From: Squalus acanthias
Taxonomy: Eukaryota
Direction: 5' to 3'
Assembly: GCA_030390025.1 (NCBI GenBank)
Contig: CM059432.1
Span: forward strand, 101,186,001-101,250,000
DNA length: 64,000 nt
Made by a program: the position numbers and the translations under genes. The notes beneath the pieces are model-generated. The model was not told the DNA's origin. It was given only the letters and a program-made list of their open reading frames with translations, and ran no database searches. Below, in pieces: positions 50,267 to 63,801 of the stretch (its first letter is position 1; each line of letters opens with the position of its first letter).

Positions 50267-50793
50267 CAACAACAACAACTTGTATTTATATAGCGCCTTT
50301 AACATAGTAAAACGTCCCAAGGCACTTCACAGGAGCGTTATCAAACAAAATTTGACACTGAGCCACATAAGGAGATATTAGGGCAGAAAGAGTTAGGTTT
50401 TAAGGAGTGTCTTAAAGGAGGAAAGAGAGGTAGAGAGGTGAAGAGGTTTAGGGAGGGAATTCCAGGGCTTAGGGCCTTGGCAGCTGAAGGCACGGCCACC
50501 AATGGTGGAGCGATTGAAATTGGGGATGCTCAAGAGTCTAGAATTAGAGGAACGCAGATATCTCGGAGGGTTGTGGGGCTAGAGGAGATTACAGAGATAG
50601 GGAGGGGCGAGGCCATGGAGGGATTTGAAAACAAGGATGAGAATTTTGAAATCGAGGCATTGCTTAACCGGGAGCCAATGTAGGTCAGCGAGCACAGGGG
50701 TGATGGTGAACGGGACTTGGTGTGAGTTAGGACACGGGCAGCAGAGTTTTGGATGACCTCATGTTTACAGAGGGTAGAACGAGGGAGGCCGGC
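50267..50793 (-). mobile_element. L2 3' fragment
   Basis: (CAA)n tail; same sequence family as 8098-8650; IQNSAARVLTHTK. Confidence 0.9.
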
Positions 50794-51369
50794 ATGACTG
50801 TGGTTCATCAAGATGGAGAAAGCACTTTCACTTTTACTTCATATTATCCAGTGTACAGTGCATCAGCCTAGGTGAATATAAGTGGAGAAACTGTAGGCAA
50901 TGTAATATTTCAAATTGCTGAGGAGTGTTTAAACTATTCTTTACCCTGCAAATTGGTGGTGTCAGGTTTCTCTTGTATACCCTGTGGAATCCTTAGTGTT
51001 TTGCAGGTTCAGGTCGAAAGGGTAAACCCAGGGTTAGTTCTAACTGAAGACTGATCATTACCTCAACCACAGGTCATTAAGACAAAAGAGAAGCACCCTA
51101 GAGGGAAGTTATAAAGCATCATCTCCTTTAGATGTGTCAAGTGGAAGTTGAGTGACTTCTACTTATTTTGGAACAGATCTGTCTTGTTCCTTCGAAAATT
51201 ACCCTCCCTCCTGCAGGTAACCATGGCAATAGACCTATAAAACCCTGCAGCGAACAGAAAATAATGCTCATTAGTGTGGCTGTTTTAATCAAGTTTGATG
51301 AGTGGCCTGAACAGAAAGCATTTTCTCATTCCTTGCACAGCCTTCTTGGAGAAATACCAAAGATACATT

Positions 51370-52114
51370 GGTCCGAAAATTAGACCTAATACGCGAGAGT
51401 ATGCACTGTGTACTCTTGCGTTTTAGGTCTCCAATTGCCGGTTTCCAGCATGCACTGCGCATGCGCGGGAAACCGGCACTTCGTGAATTCAAAAGGGGGC
51501 GGTTCCTAAGTGAACCGCGTGCGCGCTACAGGCTGCGCGCACGCAGTGCACTTAGTGCTTTGAACGCGCAGGTAAGCATGGAAGATTTTACACATAAAGA
51601 AAGGAGGCGTAAGACCCTCTTTTAACAAGGTAAGTAGTTAATTAAGTATTATTTTAAATTTTTTTCAACAGGTATATCTTTTTTAGAGACTTTAAAGAAA
51701 GGTAAGTTTATTTTTATAACTTTTAAAAAGATTTTAAATTTTTTCAAAAATTTAATTTTTTGTTTAAAGTGGTTAATTTATTTAACTATACTTATTTTAT
51801 TAATGTGATGGCTTTTTAAAAAAAATTAATTGAGGTTTAGCTGTTCTTTTGGGGGGGTATAGTATTCATAGCTTTGACAGCCCTTGCTGTCAAAACTATG
51901 AATGAAAGATGGTGTGCTACCATTGGCTCTAACTGAATCACGTGATCCCAGAGCTCGCACGAACTAATTGCGTCTCTGGGTCACGCAAGCACTGCACAGC
52001 TGCAGCCTTGAAACTAGAGTTCGTGTGGGCCCGGAGGAAAAAGGTAGGCGCGGAGTGAGATATCGCGGGGAAGCCTTACCCCCGCGTGAACACTCCGTCT
52101 TTAATTTCTGGGCC
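51370..52114. mobile_element. Hairpin-rich Harbinger-type MITE, family C copy 2
   Basis: Termini GGTCCGAAAATT and AATTTCTGGGCC; TSD ATT (51367-51369, 52115-52117); aligns end to end with 44348-45108. Confidence 0.9.
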
Positions 52115-52464
52115 ATTGTTTTTTGATTTTCACTCCATTTACCTCTTTTTCTCCAGCTACTTAAGAAGTAATTTCCTCACGCTCCTGCAGAACTGAGGCT
52201 TGTATTTTAGGCAAAAGGCCGAGGAAAATGGATGCCTATAACTCCTACATGTATAAGTATGAATCTAATTGTGATGTGTTATTTGCTATGCAAAGAAAGT
52301 AGCAGCTTATTGATTTTGTTGTTTGCATTATAATGTTAAATCAAATATAATCTTACTTAACTGTGTATTAAGGGGAGGCTAAAATATGCATTGCATGTTA
52401 CGGCCAACAAATAGAATTCCTGCCTGTGATACCTTGTTTCACTTGTGCTGAAGAGAAGGGTTAT

Positions 52465-52735
52465 TTACAGAATGGCCGTCATCACCCTCCTCATTAACAA
52501 ATCCACCCACAACCCCTCTGTCCTTGCAAACTAGAGCAACAGCTCCAACCTCCCTTTCCTCTTCAAAGTTCTTGAACATGTTATTAGCTCTCAAATCTGT
52601 GCCCATCTTTTCTGCAACTCCATGCTTGAATCTTTCCAATCAGGTCTGAATCCCTGCCACAGCATTTAAATGACCCTAACTGTAGTCACAAATGACATAA
52701 TCCATGACTGCGAACATGCTGTATTTTCCCTCCTC
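52465..52735 (+). mobile_element. L2 RT-region fragment
   Basis: CCTCTGTCCTTGCAAACTA...TCCAACCTCCCTTTCCTCTTCAAAGTTCTTGAA is the reverse complement of a relative of 9490-9550. Confidence 0.75.
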
Positions 52736-52741
52736 AGTGTC

Positions 52742-53255
52742 AGACTGTCCCAATGAAGCTCAACGCAAGCTCGAGGAACAGCACCTTATCTTTCTATTAA
52801 GCACTTTACAGTCTTCCAGTCGTAACACTGAGTTTAACTACTTTAGATCTTAACCACTGCTCCCATTTTCTCTTGGACAGCAGGTGCTGGTAATGGAGCA
52901 TGGCTGCACCAGAACCACTGGAAGTGGGGGAGGTATGGGCTGGTGCATGGCCGGCAGTCCATGTGGTCCACAATCCTAGGTTCCACCTGCCTTTATCAGC
53001 CACATTCTCAGGCCACAGGAGCCTTCTTTCTCCTCTTTGCCACATTCTCCATGCTTCCTCTCACTCTGTTATTCTACTGTAACCATTTACACCTCCTCTG
53101 GACCCATCTTTTGTTTCTTTACATATCCTATCATCAACCCCTTTGCCTTGCGCCATCATTCCTTTTGTCATTTAATCACTCCTTCCCTCTACCCTATCAC
53201 AGACTTCCCCTTCTGTTCTCCCCGCCCCTCTCAAAATGCAAAACATGCTACTTCA
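52742..53255 (+). mobile_element. Penelope-like element: GIY-YIG ORF C-terminus plus pyrimidine-rich 3' UTR
   Basis: CPNEAQRKLEEQHLIFLLSTLQ...NTEFNYFRS* resembles the vertebrate Penelope ORF end (E..LIF.LGTL.P.GLN). Confidence 0.75.
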
Positions 53256-55728
53256 GATTTGTTTACATTGAATTGCATTTGCCACGTATCAGCCCACTGG
53301 CCTAACATTTTTGTGTCCTTCATTATGCCAAGCCCGCTAATTTGTGGCAATTACGAAAATCCAGCTCGGTCCTAGAGGCAGCTCGGTGGTCCCTAGACGC
53401 TCGAATATCGGTTGGCTCAGAAGCAGATGTTGGGGGGAGGAGGAGGCAATCGGCCGGGGGGGGGGGGGGTGGTGTGGGGGGGGGGGGGCCAGCGGCAGCC
53501 GGCAGAAGCCCACCAGTTTGATGTGGAGGCAGGAGGGCCAGATTGGATGATGCGGCACTCTTTTTACACCTGTAAAATGGGTGCGGCACCACAATATTGT
53601 ATCAATCATTATTACAGTATATTGATAGACTAATCTGAAAACTTCTAGTGCCTGCTATACTATTGATTCTGAATATCAGCTACTCATTTGGATAGTTGAA
53701 CACATTGCTTGAACTGTTATGAATTGCTTGGAAAAGCTAACATAATTAGGAAGAGCTGAAAATTCAAATAACCTTACCAAAAGAGCTCATCAAAAAGTTC
53801 TGAGAAAGATGCACTGAATCTGAACAGTCAGAATAGTACATATAATCTATCACCAGGCTAGCTCATCCAGCCCAAAAAATATTATATTGGTTAATAATTA
53901 TTTAAGAAAGCAAAAAAAGGACTAAAAAGAATGAGGAATCTGCTAACAGGGAAAGATTTTCCTCAATTCTTCCATTGACAGAAACATTTACCCTTTTCAT
54001 TTTCCTTCTCTCTCGTGCCTTGTTAGTACAAAACCAATAAGATTTGACAGTTTTGAATAATTAAAGGGAAACATATTAAAATTGTATTAAACTGAAGTAC
54101 TGTATTTTTAGTTTGTATAATTGTCAAAACTGTGCCAGGCAGGCATTTTTTCTTGGCCCAAATTCTGATCAATTGAAGGGAACTTTAAGCAACTTCAACT
54201 TATGTTGCTTAGCCAACTGAAATTAATGTTATTAACAAATTAATTTAATTGACAAGAACTTGCATGCCATTGAAAATAGCTCTCCAATTTACCTATATAC
54301 GACTTTTCAATTGTTAAAAAAGCTTTAAGAACGCAAGAAAAGCAATCAAAGTGGCCGCTATCTTACACAACCCATTTAACCATTAAATGGAAAGTGCAGG
54401 TAAAGTCCAGGAGTGCCTTCGACTCCAGGAGCTGTATATTTTGCCTTCATATTCACCCTTACCAGAAAAAAAACATCCAATTCAGGCCAACAAAATTATG
54501 TTTGGGGGAAAACCCAGGAAAATATTTTCACATTTCATAGTGCTGAGGTCAATAATTCAGAGGCTGCAGTTACTTCTTTACTTGTCCCTCAGCTGCAGCA
54601 ATTACCAGAGAACTATCTACACTACAGAATGACATTTATGATCAACAATACTGTCACAGATTGTAAACCCATTTAAACTTATGGAGCTGTGCTAATTTTT
54701 CAGAGTGACATACATCAAAATAAATTACATTTTTTGATGAATGACATTTGACAGCTTCACAAATTGCCTCCCCTTCTTCTAGCGAACACAAGTTTTATTA
54801 GGACCACTTAAAGAAAAGAGCTCATATAAGCTTACAACTCCCTGTCTCGTATAGTTGTATCTGCATAGTTATGAAAATTTTAGGTGGCACTAAAGATTAT
54901 GATCTAATCAATCACACATCATGATAGCTAAGCTAATGCCATCAATCTAATTTTAATTTTTAGCTCAGCAACTCTTTAGAGCTCTCAGTACATTTTTTTT
55001 TACAATTTAAAAGAAAAAAAAAACATGGGGCTAGAATTTTACCTATGTTCATGTTCCAGCACCACCTCCTGTCTCTCAACTCTGCAGTAAAGCTATTCCG
55101 TGCATTGTCACACAAAGTGATCTTCAATGAAGTGCTGTAATTCAGAGTTGCTGCTTGGGAGATGGTACTGGTTGGATAATGAGCCCGCAATTTAAAAAAA
55201 AATTAATTTCACTCTATAAATATTCAGAGGGATGAAAGCAGCTCCACGACAAATTAGTAAAATATAATACTACCAACGCTGCATTTGCCCCAGATACCTT
55301 TATGCTGACTTCTCAAAAAAGGGGTTTTCAAGGTGGTCAGGTCTGGAGAGAAGTGACAGGCAATTTATGTGATATAATGGAGAATGTTAAAGGGTCTGTG
55401 TTCTTGTCATGATCCCCATCATACTATAATTTAAAACAAAATACAAAAAAAAAATTTAAATGACAAAATGAAATATTAAATGGGTGCTGCATAATGTAAA
55501 AAATACTTTCATCTAGAGTCAATTCAAATGCATCCCTTGAGCTATCAGGTCTGTCAACTAACTAAATTTCTTCACAGCCCTGTCCTCCTCGCCCCTCAGA
55601 CAGTATAATCCATTTTTCTCTTCTTTTCTCTAAGTTCCTCACTCATGCTCAGATACAGTTCCACAGGGACCAGAAGCCTTCTGCTATCTTGCTCAAGTAA
55701 CCTTTCTTCATATGTGATTCTAGACATT

Positions 55729-56373
55729 GGGTTCAAGTTTAACTCACAGGCAGAAACGCGGCTAAGTGAGCGACATGCCGTCTGGGAGCGGTAGTAGGGA
55801 GGCTGGCCCGATTTTAACAGCCGGGCCTCATTAACATGCCGCTCACCGACTTCCCTACCAAAACTCTCGGGAGAGCGGCGGGAATCAGCTGCACGGCCCT
55901 TAAAATCAGGCGGCAGGAGACCGCCGACGGGAATCCAGGCGAACGGTCCCTAGCACAAGGTAAGTGCTCCAAGAGGGAATTCCCGTTCAGGGGAGTCCCA
56001 AGGTTTCCTTGTCGAATCCAGAAGAGCACTTCTGCTCCTCCTGCCCAGAAGGAAACTTAAAAAAAATGTTAAACTTCCCTTACTGGGCTTCTTCTGGCCC
56101 TGGCTACCGTTGCCGGAAGGTATTTCCACCACTGCTCCCCCGCCAAGGCCTCAGGTTAACATGGCAGATTGGCCCCGTTGATGCCATTGGAGGGCGATCT
56201 GCATATTTGAAGAGGATTCCATTTGGGGAGGGCGTCTTTGCTGCCTGCAATTTAAAATTGCATTCAGCCAGATTGGGGCAGGGAAAGGAGTGGGTAAGCC
56301 CCCTGCCTCCACTCCATTTTAATAACTTCTCTCTCTGATTTCTGCCGCGCGGGAAGACTTAAAAATAAACCCC
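55729..56373. mobile_element. Non-autonomous Harbinger-type element
   Basis: Termini GGGTTCAAGTTTAA and TTAAAAATAAACCCC; TSD ATT. Confidence 0.7.
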
Positions 56374-57364
56374 ATTGAGTGTGGCAGGTTATTTGTCCAT
56401 CGTCGACACTACAGTCAAGCCCATTCCCATCTTCACTCAACATCAACACATGTATTTTCCAGCAGGTTGTCATTGGATAGTGATCCGGAACAGAAACTTT
56501 AGCTGGCGTTTACCCTCCTTAGCACAGGGATGTTGGGGCCAGCACCCAAACTACTATGCTGAGAGAAATAAGTACAGGCCTGATACTGAACCTCGGAGAT
56601 TCCTGCTCCACAAGATTAGTACTACAATGCACATTGCACATAACCATTAAGACAGCAGGGAGCTAGTATCATCTCATTAACATCATGCTCAGGTAGATGA
56701 TTAAAGCACTGAGTTAGTTTTGCTGACACTGCGGAGGGACACAAAGCCAAACCCAGAGAGGAGGATGAGATCTTAAACAGATTGCCCATCTCTGACCATT
56801 CGTACCAAATCGATCTGATCAATTATTTACATTCCTATTTAATTGAAATCAAATGATCCAGTTACATCAGAGAAACCATTCTATGATCAGTTCTCCTTTA
56901 TTTTCGGTACATCTACCTCTCAGTCCTTCAACAATTCTTAACACGTACAATAAAAAAATTACAATAATTAACCTTTTCATCGGAGTAATTGCTTTTTGTT
57001 ATTTGCTTTTTATCATTTTAGTATTTGCTTCTAAACAGAGGAACAATTTTGGAATTCAATTTGGCAAAGAACAAAGGGGTGGATATTTAGAAATCTCAGT
57101 GGGAGATGAATCTTACGACTACTTACTACTTTAAAACAGACTGAAAATAATCTATAGCACTTTGGAGATAAAAGCAGAAAATAAGCCATCAGTCCCTGTA
57201 ACCTATGCTCAAGTTGCCTTAAAATCAATATTGTTTTACCTTTCTGACAAGGTACTAGAAATTGAGAGATGTTGAAAATAGTATTTACATTAATATAACG
57301 GGAAAATGATAGAAACACACAACAGCTCTATTAGCATCTGAAAAACATTTCCAGTAGGGACTCT

Positions 57365-57924
57365 GGGGTTGGTTTTAACTGTGGCTGCCCAGCGTAAATG
57401 GGGCAGTAGCAACTTGAAAATGGTGTTGGGTCATTTACCATCCAGTTTACTCCGGTGCGCCGGCCGCTGTCACCTTGGTCGGGGGTCTTTAGATGGATGG
57501 CCGGAACATTTGCCTGTTTTCAGCAGGAGGCCACTTTTAACATGCAAATCAGGGCCCAACTACATACATACGACCCCGATTGCAATTTTGAGGTACCAAT
57601 GAGTGGAACATACGCTGCACACTCTGCCCATTTGTACCAGGTGTTGAGCGGCCTAACCAGTGGTCCTTAAAGGTGTCACGGGAGGCTGCTAAAAAAAAAG
57701 TCCCAAAACCCTTTTCCTTTTTCATTTTTGCCTGGGCCAAGAGGAGCAAGAATGCCCAAGTGGCTAGCTGTGTCAGTTTGGTGCACAGAGTTTGTCGGGT
57801 TGATGCAAATGAGGACCAGGCCTCAATATGTTTTGGGCCTCATGGCAGCAGCAAAGGTGGGCAGGCGGGCGGGCATGCTCCACACATCAGCGGCCACTTT
57901 GCACCAAAAGTTAAAATCACTCCA
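57365..57924. mobile_element. Old Harbinger-type MITE
   Basis: Termini GGGGTTGGTTTTAACT and AGTTAAAATCACTCC; TSD not resolved. Confidence 0.5.
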
Positions 57925-59076
57925 CCCTCTTTGTCGGAACTGGAAAGGGGAAGCAGGCAAGCTTCTTTACAAGAATGACCAAAACAAAGAGGGAAGGAAT
58001 AATCTCTTTGTTTTGCTTGGTTCTTTGCATTTTACAGAGTCAACTGTAGGTTGTGAAAGGCATTATAAGTACAAGTCTTTCTTTCTTCTTCTGTTCTTGC
58101 AAAGGGCCTCCACATGAAATTTTAACTTGTCTTTCACTTTTGAGATGCTGATGAACCTCCATGTGCTTTCAGCATTTTCTGTTTTCATTTCAGATCTCCA
58201 ATGCTTGCAGATTACATTGGAGATTACTGCTTGTACCTCTGGTTCAATGTCATACATAAAGCTGCATGTTATATGAATCATCCAGGCATAATACAACATT
58301 TCCCATGAAGCAATTTTTATTCCTTCAAAAAGAAAATTGAAGATCAAGGAGTCGGGATATCGGTTTATCCTTCAAGTTTTGAACCAATACCCAGAGAGGA
58401 TCTGTGGACTAAAACTAATGAAATACTGAGGTTAATATATGCAGTTATAGGGAAAAAATAAACAATCAGGTTTTGACTTGGTCGTCATATCTACTTTTAA
58501 TACAAAATATTTCAATGCCTAATTTTGACCTAGGTATAGCATAGGTAGTTGCAGTATAAGACTCCCTTTGCTACAACCTAAAAATCTATCATCCCCCTCG
58601 AGCCCAATTATGGCATTATCAATTTTTCAATTCCCATAACACGTGCTTACATACTGCACTCTCCACTTTTTATAGCCGATTGGAGTGAAGCAGATAACTT
58701 AAGATAAATTTCCATCAATTTGATAGTTTTATGCTTGGATTTGCAATCGTTAGGAAATGAGTTGAGACTGCCCAAATTAATTTCATATAGGACCATTACA
58801 GCCAGACAGATAAGAGTTTCATCCCATCAGTCTGGGCTCAATTCAAACCCAGATGCCAAAGTTGAAAGAACAAACTGCTCACCCAGTGAGAGATCCAGCC
58901 CCCCCATTTAATTAAATATTTTATCCTGCTCCTGTATGGCTTACAAATTCACTAATCCCGTGACCCCAGAAGACAGATGCATTCAGTAATACAACATTGT
59001 AGCCCCATCTCCAACTTGCACTCCCTTTGAATACAGCTGACGACTGGGAGGGGAAGGACGTGTGAATGTAGACTTT

Positions 59077-59480
59077 GGTGTCAGCTGTGGCACAGTGGTA
59101 GCACTTTCGCCTCTGAGTCAGAAGGTTGATGGGTTCAAGCTCCACTCCAGAAACTTAACCACAAAATTCAGGCCGACAAAATTCGGAGGTGCTGTCTTTC
59201 AGATGAGATGTTAAGCCGAGGCCCCGTCTGCCCTCTCAGATGGACATAAAAGATCCCATGGCACTGTTTCAAAGAAGAGCTGGGGAGTTCTTCCTGGTGT
59301 CCTAGCCAATATTTATCCCTCAGATTATCTGGTCATTATCTCATTGCTGTTTGTGGGACCTTGCTGAGTGCAAATTGGCTGCTGCATTTCCTACATTACA
59401 ACAGTGACTACACTTCAAAAGTGCTTTGGGACATCCTGAGAGCGTGAAAGGTACTATATAAATGCAAGTCCTTCTTTCTT
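59077..59480 (+). mobile_element. Near full-length Deu-domain SINE
   Basis: GGTGTCAGCTGTGGCACAGTGG, GGTTCAAGCTCC, GATGAGATGTTAAGCCGAGG, AAAGATCCCATGGCAC, tail TATATAAATGCAAGTCC. Confidence 0.9.
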
Positions 59481-61702
59481 ATAGATTTCCCTATAAAATG
59501 CATAACACCTGTTCACAACATTACCGAAATTTAGGACCACAAGTTGTTAATACATAAAATGCAAATAATATATGACTTTATTTTACAAAATTTAGAAGTT
59601 AGCTCATCACAGCCAGCCTTCAACACAATACATGCATTTTAAAGTTAGCACATTTTTCTGGAAGTCAAGATGCAAGACCTGCTGCATTAATAAAAACATA
59701 AGATAAATATCAAGGACAAGAAATAAAGCCAGTTTGCCAACTGAATCCCCTCACTCCAGTATGCTCAAACTACTTCTATAATGTTCTTGTAATTCAGTTC
59801 CCAAGATTCGAGAATCTGCTCTGTTTTTATGCCGTTAAATCCATTTCCATAGCCTGGCAGCAATCTTGCAGACCTTCTCAAATCTGAATTAAAGAGCGGC
59901 TTTACTGTCCTATCTTAGGATCCAACTGTATTTTGAACAACTGATTTTATTTGTCTCTACTATCCAATCTGGTAGATTATTCCAAACCTTTATCACTCTT
60001 TCAGTCAAGTAGTTCTTCATGAACTATCTATATTATATTCAAAATCTTGCATCTGCAAATTTCACATCTACAAACCTTATTGCCTATTGTCACATTTTTT
60101 TTGGTCATACTTTGGGTCAACTTTTCTCATTATAAATTCCTATGTCCACATTTCCCATTCAATTTTCCTGGGTTGATGCAATTATAGGCTTTGGCCACTA
60201 TGTGGCTCTGTGGACCAAATTTCTAAATTTAATGTTTTCTCTTCTCTTTGGCCCCTTTCACATTCTTTGTCCCAGTCCGTCCAACATTACCCTGCTACTC
60301 CTACCCTGGCCTCCACTTTTCTTTCCAGCCTTACCTGTCCCGTTTCGTCTCTCCATTTCAGGGACATCACTCTCTCCTTTCGCCCTCAGACCTCACCTCT
60401 GTCTGCCTCTTTTCTTACCACTCACCATTCACCCTGGTCCTGGATTCTTCTCTGTGCTCTGGTGCCTGCCTGATTTTACTTTTGCCTCCCATCCACAGAT
60501 CTCGGGCATCTCACCTCCATCTGGCCCGTACCACTTTCCATCTGCCCTTGCCACCTCCATCTGACACACAGCTTTCCCTCCTCTTTGTTCATGAATTTTT
60601 TTTCAACAAAGACACCATTTTCAAAATTTTGATTTCCAGTGGGTCCTATCTGGCAGACTGAACCAATTATTTCAAACCTTTTAACTTTACATGAGATGAG
60701 AACAGTTTGCCTGCAGCCACTGCGGAGAGTAGCAGAGTTCCCTTTTCATTTCTGTCATTTATTCTTATTGCTTAAAATATTAAGTTTTTAAAAGGTTATA
60801 GAGATTTTAAAGCTATCACTTTGATTTACTTCATTATACATCACTCTGTTCTCAGATATGCTTTATGATACTTCTCATCCGTTTTAATTTCATGTAAGAT
60901 CCTTTTATGTATATAAAAATTTAATCAACAGATCATGGGCATCGCCACTGGCAACTCACTAGTATTTCAAATTAATTGTCACTGATTAAAGTTTATGATC
61001 TCTGGTTTGACTTCTCTGGCTTACTTTTAAGTAATATTGTGTTTTGTTCACTGTGAGATTCCAGGTTTATCGTAGCCATACCTTTAAAATTTAAAATTTT
61101 TGAGGAGGTTTTCCTCTTCATTCCCTTCTTTCCAAAGCTTAAACTTTTCTAATCTTGCGGAAACCAGTCTGAATAGAATTCCAGCCTTCGAAGTAATTTT
61201 TCCTTTTCATTTGTACTATCTGAATACCTTTCTGCTGCAATTTGCTGCAAGTGTGAATCACGGTGTCACAGTATGTACAGCATGGTATACATGTGTATTT
61301 AACCATGTGGAGTCATTCATAAGGTACTAAATGATTGAGAAAATTATGCTGAATGAAATCCAATTCATAAACAGGATGTTGACAATAATCATGAATTTTA
61401 GCAAACTGTTAAGAAAAATGCACTAAAGTTAATTTAAAATAACCTTACTGGGGATTTGGTCAGAATGCAGCAGAGAGAGATTCTGATACAGTGTGAGCTA
61501 TTGTCTAGATCAGAACATAACAAATTCTGCAATCGCTCTGAAATCTACTCTAGGAATTACGCCTTTCCATGCAACTACTTCAAATGAAGACATTGACTTA
61601 CTGACATTTTCTTCACTTGGAATTGGATTATAAAAACCTTCCTATATTTTTAGCTGATACTGCATCATTGCAGGGTGAATGAGAAAGTTATAATGTACAC
61701 AG

Positions 61703-61925
61703 ATTGTGATATTTTGCAGTGACCCTAACCGTGGTGTGCTATCTCTCCTCGACCTCTCTGCAGTCTTTCACATGGTCGACCATCGGATCCTCCTCCAATG
61801 CCCCTCCTCTGTAGTCCAGTCCAGAGCAACTGCCCCCACTTGGATCCACTCTTATCTATCTGATCGTAGCCACAACATCTCCAGCAATGGCTTTTGTTCC
61901 TGCCCCCACACCATTACCACCTGTG
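61703..61925 (+). mobile_element. L2 RT fragment
   Basis: LLDLSAVFHMVDHRILL...WIHSYLSDRSH. Confidence 0.82.
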
Positions 61926-61957
61926 AATAATCTCAAGCCAAACTTTATTTCACATTT

Positions 61958-62905
61958 AGAATCATAGGATCATAGAAATTTACAGCACGGAAGGAGGCCA
62001 TTTCGGCTCATCGTGTCCGCGCCGGCCGACAAAGAGCTATCCAGCCTAATCCCACTTTCCAGCTCATGGTCCATAGCCCTGTAGGTTACGGCACTTCAAG
62101 TGCACATCCAAACACTTTTTAAATGTGGTGAGGGTTTCTGCCTCTACCACCCTTTCAGGCAGTGAGTTCCAGACCCCAACCACCCTCTGGGTGAAGAAAT
62201 TTCCCTTCAAATCCCCTCTAAACCTCCTACCAATTACTTTAAATGTATGCCCCCTGTTGACCCCTCTGCTAAGGGAAATAGGTCCTTTCTATCCACTTTA
62301 TCTATGCCCCTCATAATTTTATACACCTTAATAAGGTCTCCCCTCAGCCTCCTCTGTTCCAAAGAAAACAAACCCAGCTATCCAATCTTTCCTCGTAGCT
62401 AAAATTCCCCCGTCCTGGCAACATCCTCGTAAATCTCCTCTGTACCCTCTCTAGTGCAATCACATCTTTCCTGTAATGTGGTGACCAGAACTGCATGCAG
62501 TACTCTAGCTGTGGCCTAACTAGTGTATTATACAGTTCAAGCACAACCTCCCTGCTCTTGTATTCTATGCCTCAGCTAATAAAGGCAAGCATTCCGTATG
62601 CCTTCTTAACCATCTTATCTACTTGGCCTGCTACCTTCAAGGATCTGTGGACCTGCACTCCAAGGTCCCTCTGTTCCTCTACACTTCTCAGTGTCCGACC
62701 ATTTAATATGTATTCCCTTGCCTTGTTAGCCCTCCCCAAATGCATTGCCTCACACTTCTCCGGATTGAATTCTATTTGTCACTGTTCTGCCCACCTGACC
62801 AGTTAATTCTTCCTGCAGTCTACAGCTTTCTTCTTTATTATCAACCACACAGCTGATTTTAGTATCATCTGCAAACTTCTTAATCATACCCCCTACATTC
62901 AAGTT
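61958..62905 (-). mobile_element. CR1 3' fragment
   Basis: KFADDTKI, LVRPQLEYCMQFWSPHYRKD; tail AGAATCATAGGATCATAG. Confidence 0.92.
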
Positions 62906-63539
62906 TGCACAGATTTTGCTGGAGCGGGGCATCTCGCGGCATGCCCCGTTAGTTAAACTTTTTCCCCTCATCCTTCAGCTCGAAAGGTTTCTGCCCTGAA
63001 AGTTGTTGAAACTGCAAGGTCAATGGGGCATTTGCGACCTTGGTGAATGATGGGACCAACAGTCTATCTCCTTAATCAATGAGATTTAAGGATTGAATAA
63101 GAAACAGATGAAGGACAGAGAAGAAAATAGGGAGAAAGAGAAATAAAGAGAGGGAAAGAAAGACTGATTGAGAGAGAGAAAAAAGAGACAGAAAGGAAAA
63201 GTAAGAAAAAATAAGATTTTTAATTAAAAAAATCTCTAACAACAATTTACAACCTGTAGGAATGAGACTTCATGGTTTCAATCATTCCCTTTGTGGTCTG
63301 GTGAGTTTGAGTGGCAATGCAGCAACATAAATCTCTTCATTAAAAAGGTGTTAATTTCTAGCCCTAAACTTCTATGGTGAATTTAATTTGCAATTAATGT
63401 GCGCAAATTGTCCAGTAACTTGTGGAGATTCGTAATTCACAGGGTATCTCTTCCTTGCCACAAGTTGCTGGATGATTTACACATTAATAACGGTGAGTGC
63501 CATTAAACTCTCTGTTATCTTGGCAGCAAAATCTGGGCC
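62906..63539. mobile_element. Non-autonomous Harbinger-type element
   Basis: Termini TGCACAGATTTTGCT and AGCAAAATCTGGGCC; flanks GTT/ATT. Confidence 0.62.
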
Positions 63540-63801
63540 ATTATGTTTTCTACTTAAAGCCTCAAAAGTGATATGAACACATTTTCCTTTTATGGCATAA
63601 TGGGGCTTTGCTTCCATTACACACAGCCCTTAGAAATTGAACCAATTCCCTATTTGAATTCTTTAATAGTTTGTATTTACCATTCTATTTCATTAACTAG
63701 CAAAGTTAACTAAAATAAATTATTCCTTGAGTTTAGACTGCGTGGCGGAGGTGGTTTTGCTGCCGAGAGAAACAGCAGCCAATAGGGCAAAATTCTAATT
63801 T

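Noticed and set aside
53321..53600. GC-rich island with repeated TGCGGCAC, possibly another DNA transposon
   Set aside because: Could not define TIRs or a TSD; left unclassified
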